Assembly: GCF_024521635.1 (NCBI RefSeq)
Contig: NW_026250442.1
Span: 1-64,000, forward strand
Length of the DNA: 64,000 nt
From: Tricharina praecox
Lineage: Eukaryota
Direction: 5' to 3'
Each line of letters opens with the position of its first letter. Within the stretch, counting starts at the first letter, position 1. The translations under genes and the position numbers were made by a program. The notes beneath the pieces are model-generated. The model was given only the letters and a program-made list of their open reading frames with translations. It ran no database searches and had not been told where the DNA came from. Positions 39,914-52,400 of this stretch are shown here, in pieces.

Positions 39914-41031
39914 TCATGCGGCCAGCCAACCTGCCAACATTTATACCACCGATGTACCGTAGTTTAGATATCCCCACGAGTCACGAGTCACGACCAGTCA
40001 CTCACTCACTCACTCACTCACTCACTCACTCACCATATAAGTTCAAAGATCTTCCATTCCATTCCGTACCTATCCCTCACACACTCCTTATGAAAATCAA
40101 AGCACAAAGCAAAGCAGAGCGCACGCACGCATCAAGGAACGGAATCAAGCTCGATATCACTATGGCAAGATGAAAAAAAAAGATGAAGGGTTCGAAATAG
40201 GTAACTCCTAACCGAAAAGAAAGAAACAAAAAAAAATGTTACCACTGCTTCTTCTTCTTCTCCTCGGCCTTCTTCAGCTCCTTATTCTTGTTCTGGTTCT
40301 TGTTCTGGTTCTTCTTCAGCTCTTCAGATCAATTTTTCTCAACGGCACGGCAAAACACCCCACACATGAATGAAAGGAAAGGAAAGAAAGGATATGAAGG
40401 TAAAAAAAGAGTAAAAAAGGTAAAAGGTAAAGGTAAAGGTAAAGGTAAAAAATCGAATCCCAGCCAGCCAGAAAAAAAAACATGAAAAAGAGAAGGAGAA
40501 AATGAAATGAAATGAAGAAAGAAGCAAAAAAAAAAGATATCCCCACGCCAGCTTCCAAGTACTACATCCACAGACAGACCCAAGAACGTAAAAAAAAGTC
40601 AGAAGAAACCAAACAAAAGAAAAGAAAAGAAAAGAAAAAGAAGCGTGTGAGAGTGTGAATCAAAAGAGCATATTCAAGATCAAGAGCGCATATGGCGGGG
40701 AAAAGGACCATAGAAAGGAAAAGGAACGAAAGGACTCTCTCTCGTAAGGATACACGGTAAAACTTCCCCCCACCCTTCACCGATCGACTGAGTTGGTCGG
40801 TCGATGGCCGGGTGATTCATGTAATGAAAGGGAAAGGAATCGGTAACACTCCCTCCTCTTCATCTTCGCCTCCGTTTCCCCCAAAGACAACAGCCCCCAG
40901 AAGCTCGACGGAAATATGGAATATATCCCCAATCAAAGCTTTTGGTAAATCCCAACGAAACTCTCACTCGCAGCTGACATGAAAAGAAGAAAAAAAAAGT
41001 AGGAAAAAGATGCGTATTACGGGCCGTCGAT

Positions 41032-42489
41032 TTATGCCCAAACCTTGAGCTGTTGGGGGAGATGCGTGTAAGTAAAACCATATCTCGAATCGTGGAGAGG
41101 ATTGATCGACTTACAAGAGAATCCCACGAGCCAGTACACAGACTGATGCCGTCATTAGAGACACCGAGACAGCTGACCCTATTGTCGTGACCGCTAAGGG
41201 TGCCGACACGCTCGCCACGGAGGACATCCCAGACCTAGAATCCTCCAATCAGCCCTGCAAACGCGGTGATATCATGTGCGAGGCGAAGGGCAAAGACACA
41301 GCGTGTTTCACAACCATGCCTCTCTACCCAACACCAACATCTGCACATCGGATCCAACTCACTTTGCACTCGAAGTCGTCGTATCCTGCGAACAGTAGCC
41401 GTCCGGACACCGAGAAGGCGACTGATGTGATACCGCACAGAATCTGGTCGGACTGTACGGAAGAAGAAAAAGCAAAACGTTAGCAAAACAAAAACCACCA
41501 AACACAGACATTCGACCCTAGTGCATTCCATACCGAGTAATTGTTGAGTTCCCTGTCAGCACGGATGTCGAACAGACGGCAAGTGGCATCGTCGGATCCG
41601 GTACCGAACGCGTTTCCGTCCGGGAAGAACTGAACTGCGTTGATGTCGGACTCGTGGCCAGCAAAAGTCTGCACAGCCTTGCCGGTGCGAACATCCCAAA
41701 GCTTGGCGAAGGCATCACAGGCACCCGACACGAAGATGTTCTGATTCGTCGGGTTAATGCTCAAACTCATCACGTCACCGAGATGGTCAGAAAACTCGGT
41801 AATCTTGGCGCCCGTGTCGATATCCCACAGCATACAGGTCATGTCACCGGACGACGTCAGGATGCGCCTATCATTAATAAAGCGGCAGCAGGACAGGTAG
41901 CCCGAGTGGCCCGAGAGTTCGCGGGCGACGCGAGTGGGTCCGTCACGGGTGGACAGGTTGTAGACGGAGCAGATGTTGTCGAGACCTCCACAAGCGACAA
42001 AGTTTCCGCTGGGGGCGTAGGCGCAGGTCATAACCCACGACGAGCGCAGCGGAATCGCGTGGACCTTGTTCGTGGTGTAGGCATCCCAGATGATGAGCTT
42101 GCCGTCCTGCGAGGCCGACACGAGATGGCGCCTGTCGGTCGACCAGTGCATGGCGTAGATCTTGGCGAGATGGCCCTTGAGGTTCTTTCGGACCTTCATG
42201 TTGGTGCGAGGAAGAGGCTCCAGCGTGTCTCTCGCGACCTGTCGCACTGTAGAACGAAAGCGGGTCACATCAGTATTCCGTTAAACCACTTGATAGAACG
42301 GATGACGAGTATCATCACGCCGCGTAACGTTGTGCGACCGCGGCGTTACGCGGCGTGAAGAAGGATCTAGCGCATGGGGATATGCTTACAGTCTGCATCT
42401 GCCAGTTCCTCCTTCTTAGACTTTATTCTGGCCTTGAGGTTCTCAGCCTCTCGCCGGGCAGCAGCAATGCGATCCTGGATGTCGGACAT
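41032..42489 (-). CDS. gnb-1: Heterotrimeric G-protein beta subunit (gnb-1/SfaD/Ste4 orthologue)
   Basis: [30 protein letters not shown]40 repeats, TGSWDSLLKVWA. Introns 42389-42247, 41533-41453, 41362-41235, 41114-41050. Confidence 0.98.
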
Positions 42490-44558
42490 TATGGTTGTAG
42501 TTTTCGCTGTTGGGAGACTACGAGGGGGTGGAGGGGAGGAGAGGAGGAGTGAAGTGTTGAAAGGTGTCGAGTGTGCGATTGGACGAGGCAAGTTGCGTGT
42601 CGCGAGACTACTTGAGTGTGTTGTTGGGAAGTTTGAGTATGTGCTTAGACCAAGGAGGCGAGAGTGCGGTTAATGGGGGGTGGGTGGGTTGCCAGGCTGG
42701 GGGGATGGATGGATGGGTTAGGTGTCGGTCGAGAGCGAGTTGGAGCCGCTGTCAAACACACGACGAAAGCGGACGAATAACTTGCTGGACCGGGGGTGGA
42801 TGGGCTGAAGTCGGAGAGGGGGGACGAGAGCGGTGATGGTGGCAGTGGTGACGGGAGATGGCCGGCGGAGGAGGAGGAGAGAGAGAGTGAGGGAACGGTG
42901 TGGTGTGGTTGGTGGTTTGGTTGGCTGGGGGGAAAGGGGGATTGGGTTGGTGGGCGATCGAGCATCACAGCGCGAGTACATGGTGGCAGCAGCAAGCCCC
43001 CGGTCCATTATTTACTGCCGACTCCACGCTCTAGCTGGCATTAACTAGCACAAGAAACCCAGCATTCAGCACAAGCAACCCGGCATTCAGAAATAATGGC
43101 CTGGCCGAGACACACCAACCCACAAAGGCTTTGGCGGCAAATAGGTACCATCCATCAGTACTTTGATAGTGGTTGTTCACCTGGTGCTGGCCTCTATGTT
43201 TGCAGACTACCCAGCGGCACGGATTTTGCAGGCTTCGCGGACTATCCTGAACGGGAAGAACAAACTCTCGACGAACAGATTCGGGTTTTTAGAGTAGCAA
43301 CCTCATCTCGTTCTGCTCCATGCAAGAAGAAGAAGAGAAAGAAGCCACGCAAAAAAGAGCCACGGAAAGAGCCGGGAAGGGCGAGTGCGCGAGAAGAACG
43401 AGAACTGGTGGAAGGAAGGAATCGACCCTCGGATCTGAAGCTAGCAGTTGCTGACCGTCTTCGTCGCATCGATGGGATGTGCCGAACCGCCATGTAGTTA
43501 CTCCACCTACCTAGCCGTCGGTTCCACTCCTGCACCGCACCTCCACACAGCTCGTACCGCGGTAACGAGAGCAACTCATCCTCAGCTTTTCACCGGAGCG
43601 AGAACGGCGGCTGCGATCCCGCAGTGAAAAGTCGGGAACCGATAACGGAACCGGCATCGCCACTTCGAAAAGAAAGGAAAAAAAGAAAAAAAGAGAAAGA
43701 AAAAAGAAACAAAGCCTCGCAACGAAATACTTGTTCACTAGAATACGGTATGGCTGCGTCGTGTTTCTTGCTTCCCCGGGATGGAACTCCGATGACCTCG
43801 TCTCCACGGGCTGGGAACAAAATGCCGCTTTCAGGGTCCCGCAAATGATGTCGATTTCGGATAATTCGCAGCGCGTCGCACCCGCGTCGCACCCCATATC
43901 CACTGGCCAGTAGCGGATACCGGTACATAGCACGTACGGATGTCTGGACAGTGGAGTAGGTGGGTAGTAGTGTGGCCCATGTGACGGCGTCCCAGCAACA
44001 ACCGGTGTGTGGTGGAACAGGAACACTGAGGATGAACACTGGTTATATAGAATGTATAGTACTGGTAGCCCAGTAATCATCTGCCTTTTGCGGGTCTGTT
44101 GGCGGTACTATGATAGTAATATACACAAGTAAAGACTTGGATACCCTAGAAGTGGTTCAATGAGTCTAGGCATTCACAGCTGTGAACGTGCGAATGGCTC
44201 CAAAGTCTTCAAAGTCCAACGTGCAACTGTCAAGCCCATCACTCGTCCCGTCGGAGAAGTGCAACCGCCACCGGCCGAGCCACGATTCGATGTGCGGGGA
44301 CGGGTGACATACGCCTCAGGAATGCATATTTGCAGGTGCATATGGATACCGTATGCACAATCGCGAATGTTTGTTTGTCATCCGCCCCACATTTTATCCA
44401 TCGTTCATGGTGAGACATTACACGATGTCCAGCGAATCGGAGGCGGCCGATGCGGAACACGACATGGGGAGGGCCTTCGAGCTTATGTCAGTCATTGCTT
44501 CCTATCGTCGTGCTCCGCATCCACGCAACACCAGAGACTGAGACTGAGAGAGAGAGTC

Positions 44559-45872
44559 ATGGCCGAGTTTAAGTCCTTTTGCGAGCAACTCTCGAAGATT
44601 GTGAGTTTACCTCTAATTACCAGTTAGTTAGTAGCGGTGGGTGGGTGGATGATCAGAGCTGACAGACCACAGGAGCTGCACGCGCATCTCACAGGCAGTA
44701 TCCGTCGCGGATGCCTTCACGAGATATGGCTCGACAGGAAGGAGAAGGACCCTGCGTTCGAGCTGCAGGACCCGTTGGAAGTCATCCCGGCCGACGGGGT
44801 GACCGATATCATGGCCTTTGTCCGTTCCGCTTCTCTGGCAGAGCAACAAGTGCTGATGCACTAGGTATTGGTACGATAGTTCCCGCTGTTCTCGAAATAC
44901 ATCTACCACCTCTGCAACGACGTGGCCACGGTAGGGCGGTCTACCACCTCCGTCCTGCACGATTTCCATAATGACGGCGTGGTGTACCTGGAGCTGCGGA
45001 CCACCCCACGGCACAACGCCGCGACGGGCCTGACGAAGACGGCCTATGTCGAGACCGTCCTGCGAACCATCGCCGAGTTTCCGGGCGCCATGAAGACCAA
45101 CCTGATCCTCTCCGTCGACCGCCGCGACAGCCTCGAGACGGCGACGGAAACAGTCGATCTCGCCATCCGCTATCGCAACGCGGGAGTAGTCGGCGTCGAC
45201 CTCTGCGGCGACCCAACTGTGATTTCCCCGCCTCCCATTCCCGCCCGCAACACCTACCATATCGCCGTACTGACCCCCCGTTGACAGAAAGGCGAACCGC
45301 ACGTCTTCCGCACGATCTTCGCACGCGCCAAGTCAGCCGGTCTGGGGCTGACACTGCACTTCGCGGAGATCGCGGCGACGTCGAGCGACGCCGAGCTGGA
45401 AACGCTGCTGTCGTTCGGCCCCGACCGGATCGGCCATGTGATCCACGTGTCAGACCACATAAAGCGCAGGATCGCAACCATGGACCCAAAGCCGACGCTC
45501 GAACTGTGCATCTCTTGCAACGTCCAGGTCGGCCTGGATCCGAGGGTGCAGGAACATCGCGATCACCATTTCGGTGAGTGGTGGAGGGAGGGGACGAATC
45601 CGATCGTTGTCTGTGTAAGTTTTTCCATTCCGTTTCGTTTCGTTGCTTCCGAGAAGCAACTGATAATAGGACATGCACTGTAGACGGACGACGTGGGAAT
45701 CTTCAGTACGTCATGCTCGAACGAGTATTTGCTGGTGGCGACGCACTTTGGGCTGTCAGAGCAGCAGCTCTGGGAGCTGGCATTCGGCGCGGTCAATTCA
45801 ATTTTTGCCGACGATGTAACGAAGACGCGACTGTGTGAGATTTTCCTGTCGTGGAGGGAAAATAACATGTAA
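44559..45872 (+). CDS. Adenosine deaminase-like protein (ADAL/MAPDA, probable N6-methyl-AMP deaminase)
   Basis: KIELHAHLTGSI, DGVVYLELRTTPR, VVGVDLCGDP, TLHFAE, DRIGHV, ELCISCN, CTDDVGIF. Introns 44601-44672, 44820-44879, 45219-45287, 45615-45683. Confidence 0.9.
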
Positions 45873-46015
45873 TTCATGCATGTACTTGTACACACCATTT
45901 ATTTATCAGTCATCGTGGTATTGATGGTGTTGGTGTTGTTGTGTAGTAGTAGCGTCGTTAGTGTTGTTACGCATATATGTACTGAGTGGGTCATCTCTCA
46001 TAAAGCAAGTCAAGT

Positions 46016-46125
46016 TTTCACCAGTCGGCCTCGGCGTAACAGAACCCACATCTTGCCTTTTACCAGATATGGCCGTGTGCTGGGCACTTTCGACTGGAAA
46101 TACTCTTTGGAAAAACTTGTCACTC
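46016..46125 (+). ncRNA. U5: U5 spliceosomal snRNA
   Basis: Invariant loop 1 TGCCTTTTACC closed by CCACATCT/AGATATGG, followed by CCG; nested stems GCCTCGGCGT/GTGCTGGGC and CCAGTCG/CGACTGG; T-rich 3' region. Ends are approximate. Confidence 0.88.
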
Positions 46126-46575
46126 GCAGCACCTTGTGTTCGAATCTTCTTTTTGACTTTTACTTTTTTTTTGGAGGGGGGCGGAGGGTGGGGGAGCTAG
46201 GCTAGCGGCGGCGATCCTGGCGGAGATGGAGCTTGAGCAACAGAAGTGGACAACATTTTTTACAGTAGCAGACATGAACGAAAGGAGAGCAGCATTTCAG
46301 TTCTACACGCCCGCTTTTCCGTCCCTACTCACTCTGCACTTACCACGACGGACGGACGAAAAACATCAGCATCATCATCGAGAAGCTCGACATCCGCGAG
46401 TGCTGCGCTGTGAAGCACGCGTGCGTGGAGACGAACCACTGACCGAGTTGCAGATCGGGGGGAGGGGGAGACATGGGAACTTCACTTCATAGCTTCCGTG
46501 TGGCTGCGGCGATCCCAGATCCCGAGTGTGAGCGCGAAGAGACCACGGGTGCAATCTTCGGAGCCGCCTCACACT

Positions 46576-46883
46576 TGCGATCACTCGGGCGCCGCTCGCC
46601 ACGAGCTGGTTTTATGTGATATTTGTCTGACTGTCTGCTGGGCTGGTACGGGTGGACGGGTTGCTTGGATACTACTACTTGTATACACCGAGGATCGTGA
46701 TCATCTCCTCCGTCGCTGCCTCTGTGCGGTTGGTGGGAGCACGGCTTCTCCGCTGTCAATATTTACACGTACACCTGCTATCTATCATCTGCCACCTGTC
46801 ACCTGCCTACCCGTCCGCCTTCCCGCCGCTCCGCTGTTCCGCCGGTATATGGTGTGCGGTGTGTGTTGCAGATACCGCCACAT

Positions 46884-46914
<31 letters not shown>

Positions 46915-47148
46915 CATGCGATCACTCGGGTACTGCTCGCCACGGGCTGGTTTTATGTGATATTTGTCTGCTGGGCTGGTACGGCGTGGGATGGTCGCCT
47001 GGTTGCTTGGATACTTGGATACTTGGGTAGAGGTGCTTGGCTACTTGGGTACTATATACCGAAGGGCGCGATCATCTCCTCCGTCGTAGTCTCTGCGCGG
47101 TTGGTGCGGGCGTGGGCTTCTCCGCTGGTAATACTTGTACATACCTGC
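46576..47148. repeat. Degenerate direct duplication of ~200-230 bp (46576-46778 and 46917-47148)
   Basis: Shared blocks TGCGATCACTCGGG, GCTGGTTTTATGTGATATTTGTCTG, CTGGGCTGGTACGG, GATCATCTCCTCCGTCG and GGCTTCTCCGCTG, in the same order. Confidence 0.85.
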
Positions 47149-47550
47149 CACCCTGCCTGCCTGCCCACAGCCGTGTGCATGCTGTCTGCTGTGATGATGC
47201 ATGCTGATGAAATTTTTCACCTGCGTACATAACTATGGGGAGGTGAACAGTGGGACTGCGATAGAGGGCCACCGTGTGGATAGTGTGGATGGTGAAAGAA
47301 CGGTTACTCTACTGCCGATTCCGTATCATGGATGTTTCCAATGTATTCATGAAAGCATTGCCTACTTACAAACTCGTCCACCCAAATGGAGTGAGTGAGT
47401 GATACAACCCCATACTACCTACATAATACACACGACTCTCCAGTCCAAACCCAAACACAAACAGAAACAGAAACAGAAACAGAAACGCCACACTCCAAAA
47501 AAAGCCCCAGCCCAAATCGTCAATATCCTAACTCCGACTTCCCCCGCTTG

Positions 47551-49489
47551 CTACTCCTTCTGCCCAAACGAAATCATGAACCCAAACATCGTTCCCTCCT
47601 TCTCACACTCCTGTCGTATAGTCTTATTATTCCACCACCAGGGCACGCCACTCCTCAAAAACTCCGCGTAGAGCTCTGAATAGTAGTGTCGTCCCGCCTG
47701 CACCATGACCTTGACGGCATCCATCTGCTCGGCTGAAACACTGCTCTTCGCCACCACCGGCAGCGCGATCCGACACGACTTGATGTCGCCGAACCCGGCG
47801 ATGTCCAGGTAGTCCAGCAGCTTCTTTGACGGGCGTGCGACGAGGCCGCATTCGTCGATGGAATTGAGGAGTCGCGCCTCGGCCCACGCGGTGAGGAGCT
47901 CGCCGGGCCGGCTCGGCAGCGCGTCGAGTGATTGGATCTCGAGCCAGCCGCCGGGCTTCAGGCAGCGGTGGCATTCTTGCAGAACGGAGAGCCAGGATTT
48001 GGATTTTACGGTGGTCGAGAAGGCGCGTGATGTGATCACGTCGAAGTAATTGTCGGGGAAGGGGAAGAAATCGTCGCCGGCGGGGATGTGAGATGTGCAG
48101 TGGTTTGTTGGCGCCGGCCAGCTGTAGCTTTGATGGGTGGTCTGGGAGTTCCGATTGGTATTGGTCGTGCTGAGGGTGTAGACTGTACTGGTGGGGTATT
48201 TGGCGGCGAGAACCCATCCGTCCGCTATTGCCACGTTAGTCGACGTTAAGGGAGAGAGTGAAGAGGGTTCATGATCTAACCGATGGAATCGTGAAGATTC
48301 AGGATCGTCCTTGAGTCCTCCAACCTCGAGGCCACGAGCATCTCGTGCGCAGGACACTGCAGCTGCTTTCCCTGCGTCAACCACTGCCTGGCCATCAGCG
48401 CCCACAGCTTCTGCTCGAACAGCGCCTCCTCCAGACCCTCGGCGTTATTGCCAAAGTCCTCGCTCCAATCCTCGCTTAACCGCTTCAACATGATCTTCAA
48501 CCCCCCCTTCTCCATCCTTGCCAGTGCCATCTGGAACGGCGAGTTCGGCTGCGGGGAAGACGGCAGCGCCGGAAGAGGACCGTGACCGCAGTCCCCATCT
48601 TCGGAGTCGATGATAGTTGCTAAACCGCCGGGACGGAATCGGTCGTCGGCTGGGAAATTGCCTGTGCTGCTGTCTGGCGAAAGGGGACCGGTATCCTTCG
48701 GTGGTGCTTTCGGCCGCGATTGTTTACTGCTGTTGCGCTCGGTCCAGGGGGTTTTGTTTGATGGGGCCCCGAAGGTGGAGGAGTCGGGAGTTAACGGGAA
48801 GAGGTCCAATATGCTGTCCTCGCAGTAGTCTTCCTCGTAATTTTTGTCGTTCCATTCCGCTGGTACCCGTGGGGATCGAGGTTGCAAGCTGTGTACGTGT
48901 GTGGTCAGTTGCTGACAATCGTAGGGAGTACCATCATGTGGCTTGCGACTCACCTGCTTAAGCTCTCGTATGAGGTCTCTCTTACGCTTAATCTCTCGAA
49001 GTTCTTGGTGATGGATGCTGTCGTCGTCGTCGGCGTCGGCGGCATGCTACCACCTCGATATCGATTCGAGTGCACATCGTCATGAACGGCCCGTGCAGAC
49101 TCGGACTCGGGCGGTGTGAACGTCAAAGGAGAGGCCCTTCCATTCCTGCTACCACCGATCACCGCTGGCCCACTATCGTCCGTCGCGATACTAGGGCTCC
49201 TCGACGGAGTAGGAGGCGTAGGAATGCTCAGTTTCGCGGCGGCGGCGGCATCCTTCTTGGCCGATTTCCTATGGAAGAAGCCGCCGAACGCCGAGCTGCT
49301 CCGTTCGGACGTCGACGTCGAAGATCTAGTCGCAGAACTCTGCGATGCCGGGCGCGACGATGAGGTGCGTTCGCTCGAGCTTTGGGAACTTATGGAGCCT
49401 TCCCGTTCCTTAGCCTTGCGTTCCCGTCGGCTGCCGACCGTTTCCACCGGGTATGGGCCCGTGAACGAAGTGTCGTACGCGAAGAACAT
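47551..49489 (-). CDS. Fungal SAM-dependent methyltransferase-fold protein with a disordered N-terminus
   Basis: FPFPDNYFDVITSR and VLQECHRCLKPGGWLEI. Introns 48953-48889 and ~48280-48226. Confidence 0.8.
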
Positions 49490-52400
49490 GGTCTACTGAT
49501 CTACCTATACGGATTCCCCGATTACACATCAGCCCAGTTTCCCACGTGTATCCGATCTGCGGGAGGGGGGGTAGGTTGTTCTTACCAATAGTCGAGGGGC
49601 AAAAGCCAGCGGCGGGAAACAACCACAGAAAATCAACAGGCTCGGAAGGAATCTTGCGGTGTATGGATGGATGGCACACTGCTGGGCCGGCAAGGTTAGT
49701 TACTGCGTCGTAGAGAGAGCAGAGTAGAGCAGAGTAGAGTAGAGCAGAACAGAGTAGAGTAGGTCTACCGCGATCATAGTGGGAGATCGGCAATATCTAC
49801 CCTTAGTACCAGCGATGAGAAGGCAGAAGAAGTTCTTGTTTTAGCCGCTGAACCCAATCCACGCACGCCGAAGCACCTGCATCCTGCAAACCGTTCCGGC
49901 GTTGGGGTCCACTAGGTAGGTAGGTACTCTCCACCAGGGACCGGGGCCCCTTCTTTGGCGGACAGACAGACGGACAGCCAAGCAGACAGACAGGACCCCA
50001 TTATTGGCGGACAGGCGGACGGACAGCCAGGCGGACAGCCAGACAGCCCATCATCTCCTCACGGTCGGGCCAATGACAATAACTCATGGTAGATACCGCG
50101 TGCAGGCCGGCGAGCACGCGGGGTCACCCTTTCCTTCGACCAGAGCCAGTAGGTAGGTACGCCACTCCATGCTTGGCAAGCCACCGAAGCCATTGCGCCT
50201 CCACCGAAAGCTCGTGAGAGCGAGGAAAAGCCGGTGCCGAATGTGGGCGCGCGCCGTCCAGCTCCGCTCGCTCGCTGCCTCGCGTGGAGAAACATGCGAT
50301 GTCTCCGCTGTGTGTGGGAGTGGGTGTGGGTGACATCTGATGGAGCCTGTTAGTTTACCGATGGTCCGGTAGATGCGCCAATTCCCTCAGCTACAAGGTA
50401 TAGAGTACCTAGTTTCGGATGTCGTACACCGCCTTGCCGGAGCGGACAACGTATGTACATAAGGGAAGGTGCTCGTGCGAAAAACTTCAATCGCAATCGA
50501 CGGAGAAGCGAGGATATGGCGAAGCAAGGCGACAGTGGGTATGTATGCACCGTAGAATAGAGTAGAATATGCACCGTATGTGAAGTAAAGTAGAGTGTAA
50601 AGATGAGGGGTTTATGTTGGCACGGTATGCATGTATGTAGAGTGCATCCATAGTCCATGGAGATATCTACTAGTGGGAGGAGAGCAGCGGAAGCGGGAAG
50701 CTACGGGGGATCTAGTGGCAGTCATCCCTCCAGAGTCCATGTGGGCGGCCATCGCAGACCACGGTTGTTGTGTGGATTCCTAATTCGGCAACACAAGGAG
50801 AAGCTAGAGTAGAGCAGTTCACCGAACCACAGCACCGGCGTGACGCCACACTATGATAGTACACAAGTATTATCTTGTAAACACACAGAGAAACTGCGTC
50901 CTCTCACATTCGTTCCGGTCAATAAAAAATGTCAGATATGGCCGAGTCACCTCCGATTCAGCGCATTTTTGTTTTCTCTGTTTAATCGTTGATTTGCAGC
51001 CGATTCAGCGTAGGTAGCACGCTCCGGTGGAGCTGGGTGTTGGAATTGAGAGAAGAATTTGACTTGATTGATGAAAGGAATGAGAAAGACGAGTAAAAGA
51101 GACTGTTTTTGCAGGGAAACAACGAGCTCGTGTAGAAAAGGGATGAAGCTTCAGACAGAGGATGCTACGATAGACAATGCCGGAGTGGGCCAAAGAGGCT
51201 GATTCTGATGAGAAGCCAGGAACAATTCTGAGAAGCCGCAATGGCTGCTTATGGCGACGATATGCAAGTACATAGAACAGTGCAAAGAACCAGTGACAGT
51301 AAGAGGTAAGTAGATGTGTAATAACCGACATTGGGGGGTGGCCTGACGATCGAGTGATATCATGTGATACCGCCGCGGGGTTGCTGCCGGTGTTGCGGCC
51401 GCTCGGTGGGATTCTCTAGGATCGGAAAATATCCTTCGAGAAGCATTACCGTTCTGTAGTTGGACATGGTGGCCTGGCGGCCGGGGACATCGAAAGACCA
51501 CCTATTACTAAAGTAGTACTCCTACATACCGTTTGCTGGATGCTGGAAACGACAGCGGGTATCCATACACAAGTACATACTACCTAGATAGATGGGGATC
51601 ATGCTGCAAGTATGTTCGACAAGCGTTTTTATCTCTGCGGCACGGCGTAACCACCTAATGCCCGAAGTCGACACAGGTGACAGGCTACCTAGGTATCAAG
51701 AAATGATAGAAAAAGGGGATTGGTTCGCCAGCGGTCACATCTTATTGGGGGCTTCCCTGAGATACCTACCGATTTTTCCATCGACACTGCACCACCGGCG
51801 TTTCGGCGAGATGGAGCGTGGAGGCCTGCGGCAGGTATCTGTCTATCTCCTGGGAGATGGCGGGGAACGCGCCAGTTCCTGTCGCACTGCAGCTTGTGGT
51901 TCGCCGAAGGGGTTGCGGAAGTATCCACACTGTTGATGTCACTCACCCCAGGGGGCTATGTATCATACCAGTACTAGTAGGCCGTGGGTGGTGGATGCTT
52001 CTTCCTTCCATGTGACGGCGGTGCGCATGTGGGGAGATATGTACTAGGTACTGCTATGTAGTATGTAGAGTAGTAGGTAGAGTACACACCAGGGTGAAAC
52101 CCGAACGCCTCACAGCCCTGGTACATGTGTAGAGCGCAATGCGAAGAAAAAAATGTCAAACTCCCACCATCCCTCCTTCCGTGTCTCCTTGTTATCCATC
52201 GCCCTATACTCTAGTTGGTTCCCCGTAGATGCGGTACTACCTGTAGGTATGCATACTCTATCTAAAACCCATACTTCCTTCCTTCGGGAAACGCTCAGGA
52301 AACGTCCGGGGGAAGGCAAACGCAAGATGGGATGAACTCAAACTGCATACTTATGCGTAGTGCAGTGGCTTTCAGGTTTTCAGGCCTTCAGCTTACAGTC

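Noticed and set aside
42265..42320. Intronic C/D snoRNA in G-beta intron 1 (GTGATGA..CTGA)
   Set aside because: Only ~50 nt long, and the CTGA coincides with the likely branch point.
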